In this document: piece by piece, positions 13,508-26,464 of the stretch
Numbering within the stretch: position 1 is the first letter of the stretch
Layout: each line of letters starts with the position of its first letter
Program-made: the position numbers and the translations under genes
Notes under the pieces: generated by a model
Database searches by the model: none
What the model was told of the DNA's origin: nothing
The model's input: only the letters and a program-made list of their open reading frames with translations
Source: Sphaeroforma arctica JP610
Taxonomy: Eukaryota
DNA length: 52,842 nucleotides
Assembly: GCF_001186125.1 (NCBI RefSeq)
Contig: NW_014040455.1
Location: forward strand, 43,741 to 96,582
Direction of reading: 5' to 3'

Positions 13508-16500
13508 ATTACTCAATGTATTTTATTATTATATTATTATTATTATATGTTTATATATGTGTGTGTGTGTGCGTGTGTGTGTGTGTGTATTATTATATGA
13601 TTATATGATTATATTATATATATGTGTGTGTGTGTGTATGTATTTCTATGTGTGCGTGTGTGTGTATTTCTATGTGTGCGTGTGTGTGCGTGTATATTTA
13701 AATTTGTTTGTGTGTATACGTGTGTGCGTGTGTGTGTATGTATATATATGTGTGTGTGTTTGTGTGTGTATTATTTTGATGTATGTATAAATATGTATAT
13801 GTGTTTGTTTTGGTGAGCATATGCATACATATATATATCCAAAGTGCGTCTAAATGTATGTAAATATATGTGTGTAGCAGTACATTGTATATGCTAGTGG
13901 TTGTATGGTCATGAGAACACCATATATACATGTATGATGAGTGTATAAAAAGTACAAACTCTATACTCACATGTAGATATCATCTACATATACACATGTC
14001 AATTGTTAGTTTTGCTTGCTGAACGGATTCTTGGATGCGAAAAATCGACTATCATATCACGTGGTCCTAAGTTGTTTACTTTCGCTGGTATCTTCATGTG
14101 TTCCTACTACGAAAGAAGTCATTTGTGCATATTGTGAAGTATCATGTCCTAAATCAGAATATGTGGACATGCATACTTGTGTCTGTGTGCAAGTCTGTGA
14201 GTGGTCCCGTTTAAATAGTGCTTGTGTGCAAACTGAACTGTGTCGATTGCTGTATGATCCGTGAAGCAGTGAAATTGACCCGAGTTATAGCCAAGAGATA
14301 ATAGATCGTACTCGAGATACCATACATCGTAGTAGCGTCACGCACAATTTCGATTTTTCAATACTTGTCTCCGACTTTTTTAACCTCATCTCATTGAAGT
14401 GATGTATACAATATAGATGTTGTGACCGGGACAGTATCACAAGGGTATTGACACGAAAGCGTAGAGACACACAAAGGCACTTGCACAAACACCGATATCC
14501 CCACACCGCCTGACTTATAGTCACCCTACATCCATATGCCACGACCTCTCGCCCATGCCTCACCCTTTCACATACAGGTAGACGCATGTGTACATGCACA
14601 CACACTTATGCAGATTCTAACGTGCAATTCCATGTACTTGTAGCATTGATCGAATATGCGAATGCTGTCAAATCATATTGATATTCACTTCCTGCTTTGC
14701 GCGGATACAGCTGTTCCTATCAATATGTATAGTTTATCTATGCAAAAAATGGTCGTTCTTCACCACTGCCCCTTCGCGTCACTCTTCTGAACGCATAAAT
14801 TGCTGAGGTAGCAGTGGCCGCCCTGTGCGCCTGACAAATAGAAGAGGGACAACAGATGTGGTTATTGGAAATTAATTTTTATGCATTTTTCTCATTGCCA
14901 CAGAAAAATTTTTGTTGGTGGCATTGCTGGAGATGCTTCCCAGACTACTCTGAAAGACTTCTTCACACAGTTTGGTGAAGTCAAAGAAGCACAGGTGGTT
15001 ATGACAAAAGGAAAAGACCGCACAAAGTATGACGTATTAGTGATTGATCAATGGCAAATATGCTACAATTATTGTGGTCTACTGTAAATCGAGTATTTTT
15101 GTGGTTATTTACATTCGCATAGGTGTGCGGTTGTTGGCCAGGCAAGCATATCTATATATATATATATATATACTACGCTCAGGAATACATTTGTCCGTGT
15201 GTATGTATAGAAGCATTTCTACTGAGTAATGATCTAATCATCTGCATATACGCCTGTTGTCCCTCCGCTATCCGCTAAAATAATACAGTGCAATGGGAAG
15301 ATTGCCAAACATCTTATGGTGATACTCACCCCTGCAACCTAACGCCGGTAACGATTCGATTGTTGAACGCTGACAATCCGTATATCCCACCCTTGACCTT
15401 TACTGTACACCTATAGGGGCTTCGGCTTCGTAACATTTGTAGAGGATGCGACTGTACAAAAGGTTCTCGATGCCGCACCACTTAAAATGGGGGAGAGACC
15501 GATAGAAGCCAAGCGGTGTGTAGCCAATGCTGAACGCAAGGAGAAACCTGCTAATAAGAAACCCGCACAAACAAACGGCGCCTTCAATACCAAACCGGCG
15601 TTTACAGCCGGCGGAGGCAACTATCACGGCGGCAATTTTGAGCAGAAGATTTTCATTGGGGGTCTTTCCCCAGAAACTACCGAGGAGTCTGTGAAGACGG
15701 CTATGTCTAAGTTTGGTGCTGTGGAAGAGGTCCGCGTCATGAAGGATAAGCTGACAGGGGTACGTGCGTGCATTAGCCTACAATCAAATGCCATGTATAT
15801 CAGATCGCGCATAGTGTTTATCTGCATGGGCTATATTACAATGTCTGAGCACGCGAGCTTCCAAATTCAGTGCTTTGTCCTTGGAAACGAGTCTAAGTGT
15901 CGGACATATATGATGTTGGATTTGATAACTAGTTTGTTACCCACTTGCATCTACCAAAACTTTTCGATGGAATCTTTTGCATCTCTAAACGTATTGTTCT
16001 TTACTTTTTGTCACAGAAATCGAGGTGTTTTGGATTTGTCACATTTGAGAATAAATTGACCGTCAGCATTGTTACACAAAAAAGCCACTATGAAATAGAC
16101 GGCAAGCAGATTGAAGTGAAGAGAGCCGAGCAAAGGTATTTCGGTAAACGCTAGAAATATGCGTGTAGTCAAAATGCTTGTTTTCGTTGGCTAATATATA
16201 TACAGTGCCATTGTTGATGTGTGAGGTCGCAGTATTTATATATGCGAGTGAGTTGCAAATGAGCCCCTACTATTCTGATTATCGTATGTAGGTGGGCATG
16301 CCCTATGAGTAGACGTCCTTAAGACCCGGTTCGTGCACGAAATGTTTCAACTACCTTCAAATTGCAGCCTGCTAAAAGTCTATATTGATGCACACCGGAC
16401 CTGAACTTTTTAAGTATTTATCTATGTAGTATCTCAGTATATCTCAGAACTTTAGGTGCTTTTTGGATTCGAATTTGGAGTAAGTTTATACCTGAGACAC

Positions 16501-18434
16501 GTTGGTATTGCCTTCACCTTGTGCCTTATACAAACTACCTTCAGCTACAACACTACTGACAAACATATTTTCTCATCCCGCTCACTTCGGCCACTCAGGC
16601 CTGATCCCCGTGCTGGGGGCGCAATGCCCAGTCGAGGTGGTCGGGGGGGTATGCGTGGTGGCATGCAAGTGTACAACAATAGGGCCATGCCTATGCCATA
16701 CGGTGCTGCACCTTACGCCAGACCCACACCTATGGGCGTATATGGCCAGCAAGCGTACGGAGGTGGCAAATTCGGTGCACCCGGAAAAGGTCCATTTGTT
16801 CCCCTTGGAGGTATGTATGGCGATTGGTAATGGATTGTAATATTCGGGTGAAATCGTAGTTTGGGAGACGATCGAACGGAAGCTGTCTTTTATTGAATAG
16901 AAGAATTGGATATTTTTGTTGTTCGGGAGCAGCAGAGTATTCGACTTGTGGCGTGTGAGTTGTTTGATACGAGAGCGAGGATTAGTTGCTCTGACGTATA
17001 GCTTCATCGAACCACATTGTGTCTGTTTTGACTACTTGCACGTGTGAGTTGTAGACGGAGCGTTCTATGCAGGATTATTGCGTTATCAGTTTCGGTAAAG
17101 AATGTGTCTAGCAATAAATAGCGTTTTATTTTATTTATTTTGAAGCTGTGACACTAGTGCTGTATTTTTGTTTCTTTTTGTTTTTTTACGTCTTCGTTCT
17201 TCAGTTTGGAAATAGTTTGCGGTCATGATCACTGGAAATGATCGCTAAATCTGATATAAGACCCTCAAATGCTTAGTATCCGTCACATGTGAGTGAAATT
17301 GAAAGTTTAAAACAAATAGTAACGTGTTTGTTGCTCTGTTTCTTCACAGCGCTCTAAACTATCAGTTGCTCAAAACAGTAAATTAGTTAATGTTGTGAAC
17401 TGGTATAGTGATGCAGAATATGTATCTCTCCTCACTCCGCCTTCCAAATAACCCAGGTGCTGGTGCTTACGGTCAACCGCCTGTCAGTGGTGCGCCAGCG
17501 AGGGGGGGGCGAGGTGGCGCTGCTAGGGGCGGCTTTGCTCGTGCCAATGCCCAAGGTATGTGTATGGTTACTTTGGAGGCCCAACACCTGGATGTACCAG
17601 CGATTATCGCCGCACTACACAGTGATACTTGTCCCACGATGTAGTATCAAACTTTTGATATTGACATCTGACTTTGGTTCTGACTCTGCTAGTTTAAGCT
17701 GACCTACTTTGTATGGAGTCAATAGTTAAATGTCGGCCACGCTAAAGCATATCTTTTCATCTCACAGCATACAACCAGCCTCTAGCAGCATCGTACGGTA
17801 CCCAAGATCCCTACGCACAAAATGGTACATATGGTGCAGATGCTTATGGTTACGAGCAACTGCAGGCGTATGGCAGACCGTCAGTAGACTATGGATACGG
17901 AGCAACTGCACAGCAGGGTTTCGAATCTTATGATGGTATGTATCTATGATTATCCCGGTGGTTTTTTAATCGGTCCACTTGTGATTTTGCGCTGCAGCTT
18001 TGGCCAATCATAGTAGTTTTTCCATGATTGGCCATCTAATACGTTCTGTATGACTAAACGACAGAGTGTATGTCAACCTGATGCAAAGGCAATCAAATTT
18101 TAGTTTGATTGATTGATTTGGCCTCGTATAAGAGATGTTAGGTAGACTACCATGTCGGCGTTCATAGGGGGAGGCAATTTTATATGATGTACAGTTCCTG
18201 TGCAAGTCAATTTGCCGCCGCTATGAACCGTGAGCGAAAGTTAAAATTATACAAACAGAATACTGATCCACCTCCTCATCATGCTATTCAGGATATGGCC
18301 AACCCACTCAACAGGCGGCCCCTGTATACGGTGGAGGTTACGCGGATAACAATGCTTACGGCACGACTGCATGCCAAAGTCAGGGGCATGATGCAGCTGC
18401 TAGAGACGCTCGCTACACACCTTACGGTCGCTAA
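13195..18434 (+). CDS. 2xRRM RNA-binding protein, same family (paralog 2, 472 aa); exons 13195-13406, 14904-15026, 15417-15759, 16017-16135, 16599-16810, 17457-17555, 17768-17935, 18292-18434
   Basis: Eight phase-consistent GT-AG exons. RRM1 KIFVGGIAG / KGFGFVTF; RRM2 KIFIGGLSPETTEES / RCFGFVTF; RGG and Tyr-Gly tail; ends RDARYTPYGR*. Confidence 0.92.
13475..13875. repeat. (TG)n/(TA)n/(TAT)n microsatellite block in intron 1 of paralog 2
   Basis: Direct inspection. Confidence 0.95.
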
Positions 18435-20791
18435 GTAATAATAATCATAAACAAACGAAAAGTCTGATCACGGGTTACGGTATTTCAAGACACTGGCTAG
18501 TGCACAAGAATCGCATGTGTGCTCATCGCTTGTTTCCGTTCGTTCGGAATGGCTTAGTATGTAATTGACACTACTAGAGGGTCAAAGCCAGATGCATTCC
18601 GACAAAAATAGGCTTTACTCCATTGAAAGCTATTTCACAGTTGTCAAGCTACTACTCCAATATTGAATGTCGAATGTAAAGTTATCAATCAATATCAGCG
18701 GTACTTCACGATTAGATTTGAAAACGCTACATCTGATTACTTACCATCGAGGGTTTTAACGAAACGAAATACATACGGTACAACCATTTGCGACCAAAAT
18801 AAAAAGGTAAAGCCTGAAAGTAACTATAAAAAAATAGACAACTTGCAAGTTGAATTGTGTATTTGCAGCGAACGAAAATATCGAGGTATAGTAAAAGTGA
18901 CGACTATTCCTATCTGACGGTAGCTTTGCCACCATGAGCCACTACTGACTACTGTATGCTCACTGTGGTATGAGAAATCTTCACGAGACAATGAAGAAAG
19001 AAAAATCCAGGTATCATACATGCTGCCAGCAAATGACTACCTTGAAAGGGGGAAAGTTACACCTCATTCATTCGCTGCTTTGAAAGCAGCAGATACCACT
19101 TCCTTTCTACCTAAAGCTCGTGAGCCTCTGTTCTGTTGCGGCTGAGCGAGACACAGTGGGTAAAGAGCTACCGTGGTGATGCTTACTATAGAAATGAGCT
19201 ATTGTTTGATTATAGTGTGTTATATAACATGTGCTGGCAATGATGTATAGTAGAAAGTATACCACGCAGAGCACCGAAAAGATGTATTTTGCTTTATTTA
19301 CTGACGCCTCTGTACTAGTTACAGTTACGTGTACAGAATGACAAACTTTATAGTAATCCCTATAAACGCGAGCTAAATTGCCTATTCTAAGCCGCTCCTT
19401 TCCATAGCGAGTCGACGAATAAGAACAACTTGATCGTCTCCCCAGGGATTTAGAGACAATCGGTCGGAGATGGAATGACGATGATCTCGCGTGTTGCCAT
19501 TGCTTTCAAAAATCTATTCATCCTAAAGGTTTGCGTAAGTGGCAATCAGCGCCGAATCACCCACGTTGTGTATTTGTCTCTTGATCACATTACAAACGTA
19601 TGTGGCTCCCCGATTGACGTGCCTAATAGCAGTTGTTGACATTACTTTTGAACTACTTCTCCATATTTTATTTTCAACACGGACATTTCTACAAAATTTT
19701 GGACTCTGAAACGCCTTTTTCAGCTACCCCAAACTGGGGCTTTTCAGCTACCCCGAAAAGTGTTTTTATCTCAGACCACGGTTCCGTAAACTCAGCGTTA
19801 ATTTTGACGTGTACATAAATTTTAACAACACCTGCGTTGGCTATCAAATCTGCTTGTGATATAGCTATTGAGTGTGAGCGAGTAATTTATATTTAGAGAC
19901 ACAAAAACTCCAGCGATACTAATGCATTTGCAACCTAAGGGTCAATAAGTCCTATTAGAGTAAATAATCAAGTGGTGGAATACATATGCATGTAATATCT
20001 GCACTCGCAGATGGTCATAGCAATATTTCTATTCACATAGCCCTTGTGTACCGTCCATTCATATTAAGAACATGGTAATTACTATTATTGAAATCTTCTT
20101 CACTTTCATTCTCTCTGAAGGATCGTCTATTCATATTTTTATATTTCCACGCGCAGATTTAAACCTCACTATTTTGGTAGTACTCAAGCGTGCACTTGTG
20201 CTTGTGTAATTAATGATGAAATTTGCAATAGTATTTATATGTCGAATGTAAACCCCCCGACGAAATCATTTCATTGTGCACACGTTAACCTACGAGATTA
20301 GACATATGTCTAAGAGGGACTCGCCTAGATACTATTAGTTTTAATTATTGAAGATGGTAATACAGGTATGCTCTATTTAAAACATAATTTGCTCTCAGTA
20401 GCAGCGATATATGTCTATGTACACACATACTATTTTAGTATGGACATGTATGCATATTCCAATATGCTTTTGTGTAGCGGAACTCATACTTGCAATTAGT
20501 TTGATTGCGTATCAATCGATGGCAATATTAATACAATGAAATGTGTACTTATAAACAAATATATGCCAATATAGATTTTTACGTACGCAAGATTAAGTGT
20601 TTGCAAGCAGGAGAAGCTGTACATACAGAGCCACAAGTGACCCGCGTTATGCACGTTGCTGAAAATAGTAGATAATAGGCACATGTATCTCTGTGATGAT
20701 TTATGCATGTTCAAGTGCTTGAACGTACCTATATTGCCCTTACAGATTGTGTGCTGATGAGATCAGTATTCCTGCGCATGCATAACTATTG

Positions 20792-21113
20792 TGTAGCATC
20801 TTGGGACCAGATTATCAAAAAGCCAATACAAATCCCAAAACCTCAGAATCAATTGAGTTATGGAATTAGGATTCAAACATTCCTGATATTAGTCATCAGA
20901 AACATTAGCGGTAGAACCGGTACGTTTTACCGGGACTCTGTGTATGAGACAAACACTCGAGTAGAAACCAGTCTAGTGAATTAGAAAACACAGATAAAAA
21001 TTCAATCCGGTACTCTCAGGCTAATGACTTTTCCTAGCTGAGCTAATCGTACTTGAGAAAAGGTCTATTGTATCCTTTGACTCGTACCTTTCGGCTACTC
21101 TCCATACTCTATA
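20792..21113 (+). mobile_element. Ty3/gypsy LTR (family A), probably a 5' LTR
   Basis: Starts TGTAGCATC and ends CTCTATA; homologous in reverse orientation to 26465-26814; no TSD; followed by A-rich gag-like sequence. Confidence 0.8.
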
Positions 21114-23009
21114 TTTTTATATAAATATCCTTACTTAGGTAAGCCAAAACAAAGCTGACGTAGGATTACCAAAGACAAGTGAGAAATGAAAATATCTGCC
21201 AGGGGGTCTTAAAAAATTTACTTTATGGCAAGAAGCTGAGTAAGAAGGAGCACAGAAGGTGCAGATACGAGACAGTACCAGGAGGGTACCAGCTGAGGAA
21301 CAATATCCGGCTCAACGAAATACGAAGAAAGGAGGACGAGGAAGCAAAGAAGAAGTTGCCTTTCGCACCAGGACGACAACGGAGACCAATAAGGTAGTGT
21401 TCCATAAGTTTTGTGTATACAGGGGCGAAGAAATCACCCCAAGTGTCAAAGTGATATATTCATCAATGTTGTGGATTTTCTATAATAAAAAAGCGTGAAA
21501 AGAATGATTTGAATAGTACACTGTATATTCACGTAATATTAAGGAAGCCCTAATAGTCATAAGTAGCTACAACAGTTGTGAAGAATCACGAACTTGCACA
21601 GGCTAAAGTATTTAGAAGCCACTATAACAATTCTCATTCGAGGAATATCCAGGACCGCACAGTAAAACGCCTGTGGGATATAGCTGGGAACATTTACAGG
21701 CTTCATGGGAAGACGAGTTTAGCCATAGGGCATCCAATCTTTCATATAGCTATGAGATTCTAGTCGATAAGTATACCAACACATCTCAAGGTCAACGACT
21801 AAGATACTCAAACTATAAGAAATACTAGAGTCCGTCAGCACCAAATAGGTTTTCATGTGTAAGTAATCAGACTATAGAGAAGTTCTTAGAGAATGAGGCT
21901 GGTACATCAAATGAGATGACAATTAGCACTACGAAATCAAGATAACTATGACACCAGTGATTTGAGTTAAATCAATTACAAATGATTGGACAAAAGAAAG
22001 GCATCCGAATATAAGAGCAAAGCGATCCAAGAGCCAAGCACTCAAATAAATGCCTGCGAGATCGAATCTAGTGAAATCAATGCTAGAATAAGAAGCCATG
22101 TCACTGAGAGACTAGCAAATCACTAATATCACAAGGGTAACAACAACAAAGACCAACACAAATAGTCAGGAAGACAATACACAGGTGGTGGTCAAGGTTA
22201 ACAACCAGGGTATTTGACAGAGAGAAGCATTCGACAAATACACATTGTGAGATCAAAGACGTATTTCATGGGTCGCGTGCACATTATTATCTAGTGGACT
22301 GAATGACTAATAAAATTAATATTAGGCTTCCACATCAACAAAAAGTGAACAAAGATAGGACACGTAGCCGAGTATAACCAGTCCGGAACCAGACAACCCA
22401 AGAAAACATTCATGATGCAAATAGCATCATGTAGATACGTGAAAGAGGGAAATCAAATTGAACCAAGTGACACGGATACGCAGATACAGTGACCATAATG
22501 TACACTAGTACTGCACACATGAATAAAGCATAGGCAAGAAACATTTCGCTCAAATCTGCCACACATGAGCAACTAGCTCAACACTGTGCAATATAAACAA
22601 TAAATTCCGATCAAATGGACGATTAGTTCAATGGCGTGGACATGTCATGCAATCACAAGTTTCATGGAAAGTAAACTACAATGTTAAGAATTTTTACGAT
22701 GTACAAATACAACTAAGCAGTAAGAACACACACGTAACGAATGATTAGATTCGCAAGAGACCAAATCAGGGCACACAATCAAGCAGATTGAGAACACAAT
22801 TGCCAACAAAGACAAAGGGTGAGGGTGCCACGAATGAATACTGTCAGAACGATCAGTTCAGATCAGGAAATGACGGAAACAAACAGTCACACACTTGTAG
22901 TTCAACACAGTACAAACTTCAATAGAGTGTAATGAAGAAAGATCATCACACGTGACTCAATTGAAGACGAACATCACGACCAAGAACAATCAACACTTGA
23001 CTCGATTTT
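21114..23009 (+). pseudogene. Heavily decayed gag-like region downstream of LTR A
   Basis: Purine-rich strand with short frames such as YSWEHLQASWEDEF...QGQRLRYSNYKKY (retrotransposon gag-like) and a possible eroded knuckle (KIGHVAEY); many stops. Confidence 0.45.
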
Positions 23010-23013
23010 TTAA

Positions 23014-23663
23014 GACCCTAATCTAGAAAAAAAAATAGAAAAATACCACACACGCGTTACCTAAATATCGCTATACATGGCTATTGAAATAGAGGTGATT
23101 GAGACAAGAACATCGGTACCTTCAAGTAGATGGTAGGATGACTACAACGGATGCTGTAGGTGGTTTCTTACTTTTAGCTAGCGGTGGCTATATTTATTTG
23201 GATTTTTTATCTATTAGCTATGCCATGGCTACGACTTGGCTACAGCTTGGCTACAGCTTGGCACAAATCTTGACTACGGCGTGGCTACAATATTTACTTT
23301 TGTGATGACAAAATTTGAACTCATTCTTTTAATCTGTTTGGACATAGCCTTCTGAAAATTGAACATTTGGACACAATTTTTTTTGGCGGAATAATTGTTC
23401 AATCAGATTTACTTTATTTTTAAATTTGATCAAAGATGTAACTCGGAGAGGGTTGTGGCTATATGGAGAACAGCCATATCTACCAAACTATGAATGCTAT
23501 GAATACCTGTCCAATGGTGGCTCGTCTTTATTCTACCTCAGCTTTCCATTGCCGTATCGCAATTGGTTGTAGCTTCAATAGCCATGTATAGCGTGATGTT
23601 GCGATTGCTAATTCGTCTTCCAATATTTTGTTCTTGGAGTAAAGGAAAAGGTAGATTAGGGTT
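23014..23663. mobile_element. Non-autonomous TTAA-targeting DNA transposon (Kolobok- or piggyBac-like MITE, 650 bp)
   Basis: TTAA at 23010-23013 and 23664-23667; 12-bp TIR (G/A)ACCCTAATCTA; perfect 20-bp subterminal inverted repeat CGCTATACATGGCTATTGAA at 23069-23088 and 23574-23593. Removing it restores a second copy of the local repeat GACTC...AAGACGAACATCACG. Confidence 0.85.
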
Positions 23664-24305
23664 TTAAGACGAACATCACGGGTGCAATCAAGGCCTGAAC
23701 ACCAAAGGTAAGGGCAATACAAGATAGCATACACACGCGGCACAACACAGCAATTACGCAACTACTTCGAAGAAGTCGAGGAACAATTAGTGCAATAGAC
23801 GAAGAACATATCAGGTATTACCATCAACACAGTTCGGTACGAGACCGAATCTCTCAGGTGACGTCACTAACGCACCAGTTCGGTACCGCATCGAACATCG
23901 GGCAGTAAGGCCGAACTTTACAGATGACGTCAATAGGACCGAACATCTAGTTAACAACACATGAGAAAATAATTTCACATATGACGAAAGAAACACAATT
24001 AAGTCCACACGTGACTAAATACGCTTAACCAACAAACATCAAATATACTTTCATAATCACAGAAAGGAACACAGCAAGCTACCGCACAACACAGAACGGT
24101 AAACACTTCTCACGAAAGCGCAGCAAGGCGTGATCATGACAAAGGTAAGTAAGAAAAGTTATCTTTTTATTTATTTTATACAAGTTACAGCAAACACAAG
24201 GGGGGGGAAGAGCTTATTCGCACAGAATATAGCACCGGACTTTACTAATAATCTGCAATACACACACACTAACACAGAAAATTCAAAACCCTACAACAAA
24301 CGTGT

Positions 24306-26464
24306 ATGGTGGTGCAGGAGGGTGACGCTAACGCCAATGATACGGGGGACAGCCCAGCAGGGGAGCCAGCCCCAGGTAGTGGCTCACGCCTGCAGGTACC
24401 TAGTGGGGTACCCACGCAGGCATCAGTAATACGTTTAGGAATAGACAAAAGCATTTGTCAAGGCAACTATGTCCTGTTTAGTAGGCTTGTAGCTAAATTG
24501 GAACAAACAGTGCCTGCAGTCATCGAGAGTTTACATAAGTTGAAAGTAGCCACTTACGATCAACACCCAGAACGTCGCATGCCATTGGTAGACACCGAAC
24601 TCAGAAAGAGATACTATCAAGCTATCAATGAGTGTGGTGACGAAGCAGAGGATGAAGTAATCCAAATCAGTCAGTTTATTAGTGAGTTAAAGAGTATGCG
24701 TTCATGCTTAAGTGATAAAGTCGATGAACCTGCACTATTGATATTACTAAAGACCTCAGAACTCTTGAAGTTGCCAAGAGACGGTAATTTCGAAATGGAA
24801 AATTGTGAAGACATTATATAGTTTACTACGCAATGCAGAGACCTGTTCCTGGCTAAGTCAATGCCTCTAGGTCAGTACCCAGCACTTGTGAGATGTCTAT
24901 TAGATTCTACTGATGTCAGAGAACACCAAATGTGTACTCAATGAGATACATACGTGGCTCAGAGACGCAGGTCACAAAGCAATACACTGATCCAGAGCAA
25001 TTCAATAGAATTATTATTGATAGACTTGGGTATCACCCAGTGGATTATCTATCATAGAAGTTTCTCAATGACACGAAGAACAAGGCACTGAACGTAGAGG
25101 TGCGCATAGAGCAGTTGCATAGAACAATGCAAGTGTTGGAGGAGCGTTACCGAGACACAGACAAGGAGCCAATACACACTCAACTCCTCAAAGTAGCAAG
25201 ATACAAGGCACTCATATACTATAGACAGCAAGAGAAGGTAGATACAATCATTGAAACAGACAAACTGCCTGATGGAAGTGACGGACCCTTATCAGATATG
25301 AAACATAGTGTGTTCTACTATCTCACTGAAGCATCCATAAAAGCAGCAGCTAAAGTACAGGCAGATCGTTTGTACATAGAGCGTAAGAGATACAGCTCTA
25401 AGACGGCAAATCTAGCCAAGCTCACAACGCTATATACCACCGCTGCTGCCAAGCGTCATAAACCAAACAATGGCACACGAAGACAAACTCGGGCAGCAGG
25501 ACAACCACATAAGAAAAAAAGAGCACAAATACGTGCATGTCCTTATTGTAAGGTGTCAGCCCCACATCGATTTAGCCAATGTCCTATGAAGGCATCAGAT
25601 CAAAACAAGAAGGCTGAGGAGCGTATCAAGAATGATATGCAAGTAGCCAGACTATCCATAACCTCAGGGAAGGTAGAGGATATGAGAGATAGCGATGAGT
25701 CCTGAAACAACGGGTGGGCGGAACCAAACATGATTGGCCTGACTGACAGGCTGAATGTAAATACAGATGAATAAACGTTGCTAATAAATGCAAATGATAT
25801 AAATTACGAACCTTTGTCCTTGCTTCCCGCACCACGAAACCAAAAATTACATATTGACATATAAATCAATGGCAATACATACAATGCACTAATAGACTCC
25901 GGTGCACAACGCTCGTGTATGGACAAGAGTATAGTAACTGAACTATATTTATCAGTCAGAGCGCAGCCGGGATACATACAACTTGTACAAACAGACGCGA
26001 GAACACACAGAACAAGATCAACCCAAGTATGCGACATTGATTATGGAGGACGAAAACCCTCTCAATGTTTTGAAGTATTGGACCTACCAGACAAGAAGGC
26101 ACCAATACTCCTAGGTGTGGACACACTTCCATACATAAGTATATACATAGCAGGATTAAAAAAATACACTTATACCAACAGATACAAAATGGCAATCACT
26201 ACTCACTCCACATGAGGAAGATCCAGAGCATGAGCAAAAGCGTTTCAGAGTCATTTGCAGACCTTTTAGAGACCAGCGCGAACATGCATCCTGACATACA
26301 TTGCAACCTACCAGGCTCTAAAGTTACAGTACCCGTAAATGAAATTAATTTCAGACAAATGAGGCACGCCAAAAGTCAACTTTGTACCCCATAAATACAT
26401 CCCAAAAATGGGTGAAATTGTGACGAGGTGGCTTACAGACGGCCACATATACAAACGAACAACG
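24306..26464 (+). mobile_element. Ty3/gypsy relic B: gag (C-x2-C-x5-H-x4-C knuckle), aspartic protease and RT N-terminus, truncated
   Basis: ORFs 24306-24821 and 25100-25705 with CPYCKVSAPHRFSQC; protease motif ALIDSGAQRSC near 25885-25920; EIVTRWLTDGHI (pre-RT helix) cut by the LTR at 26465; stops and frameshifts. Confidence 0.85.

Noticed and set aside
19074..19754. Hairpin GCTGCTTTGAAAGCAGC (19074-19090) and duplicated TTTTCAGCTACCCC (19717, 19741)
   Set aside because: No Helitron CTRR end, partner terminus or TSD found; too short to support an element.
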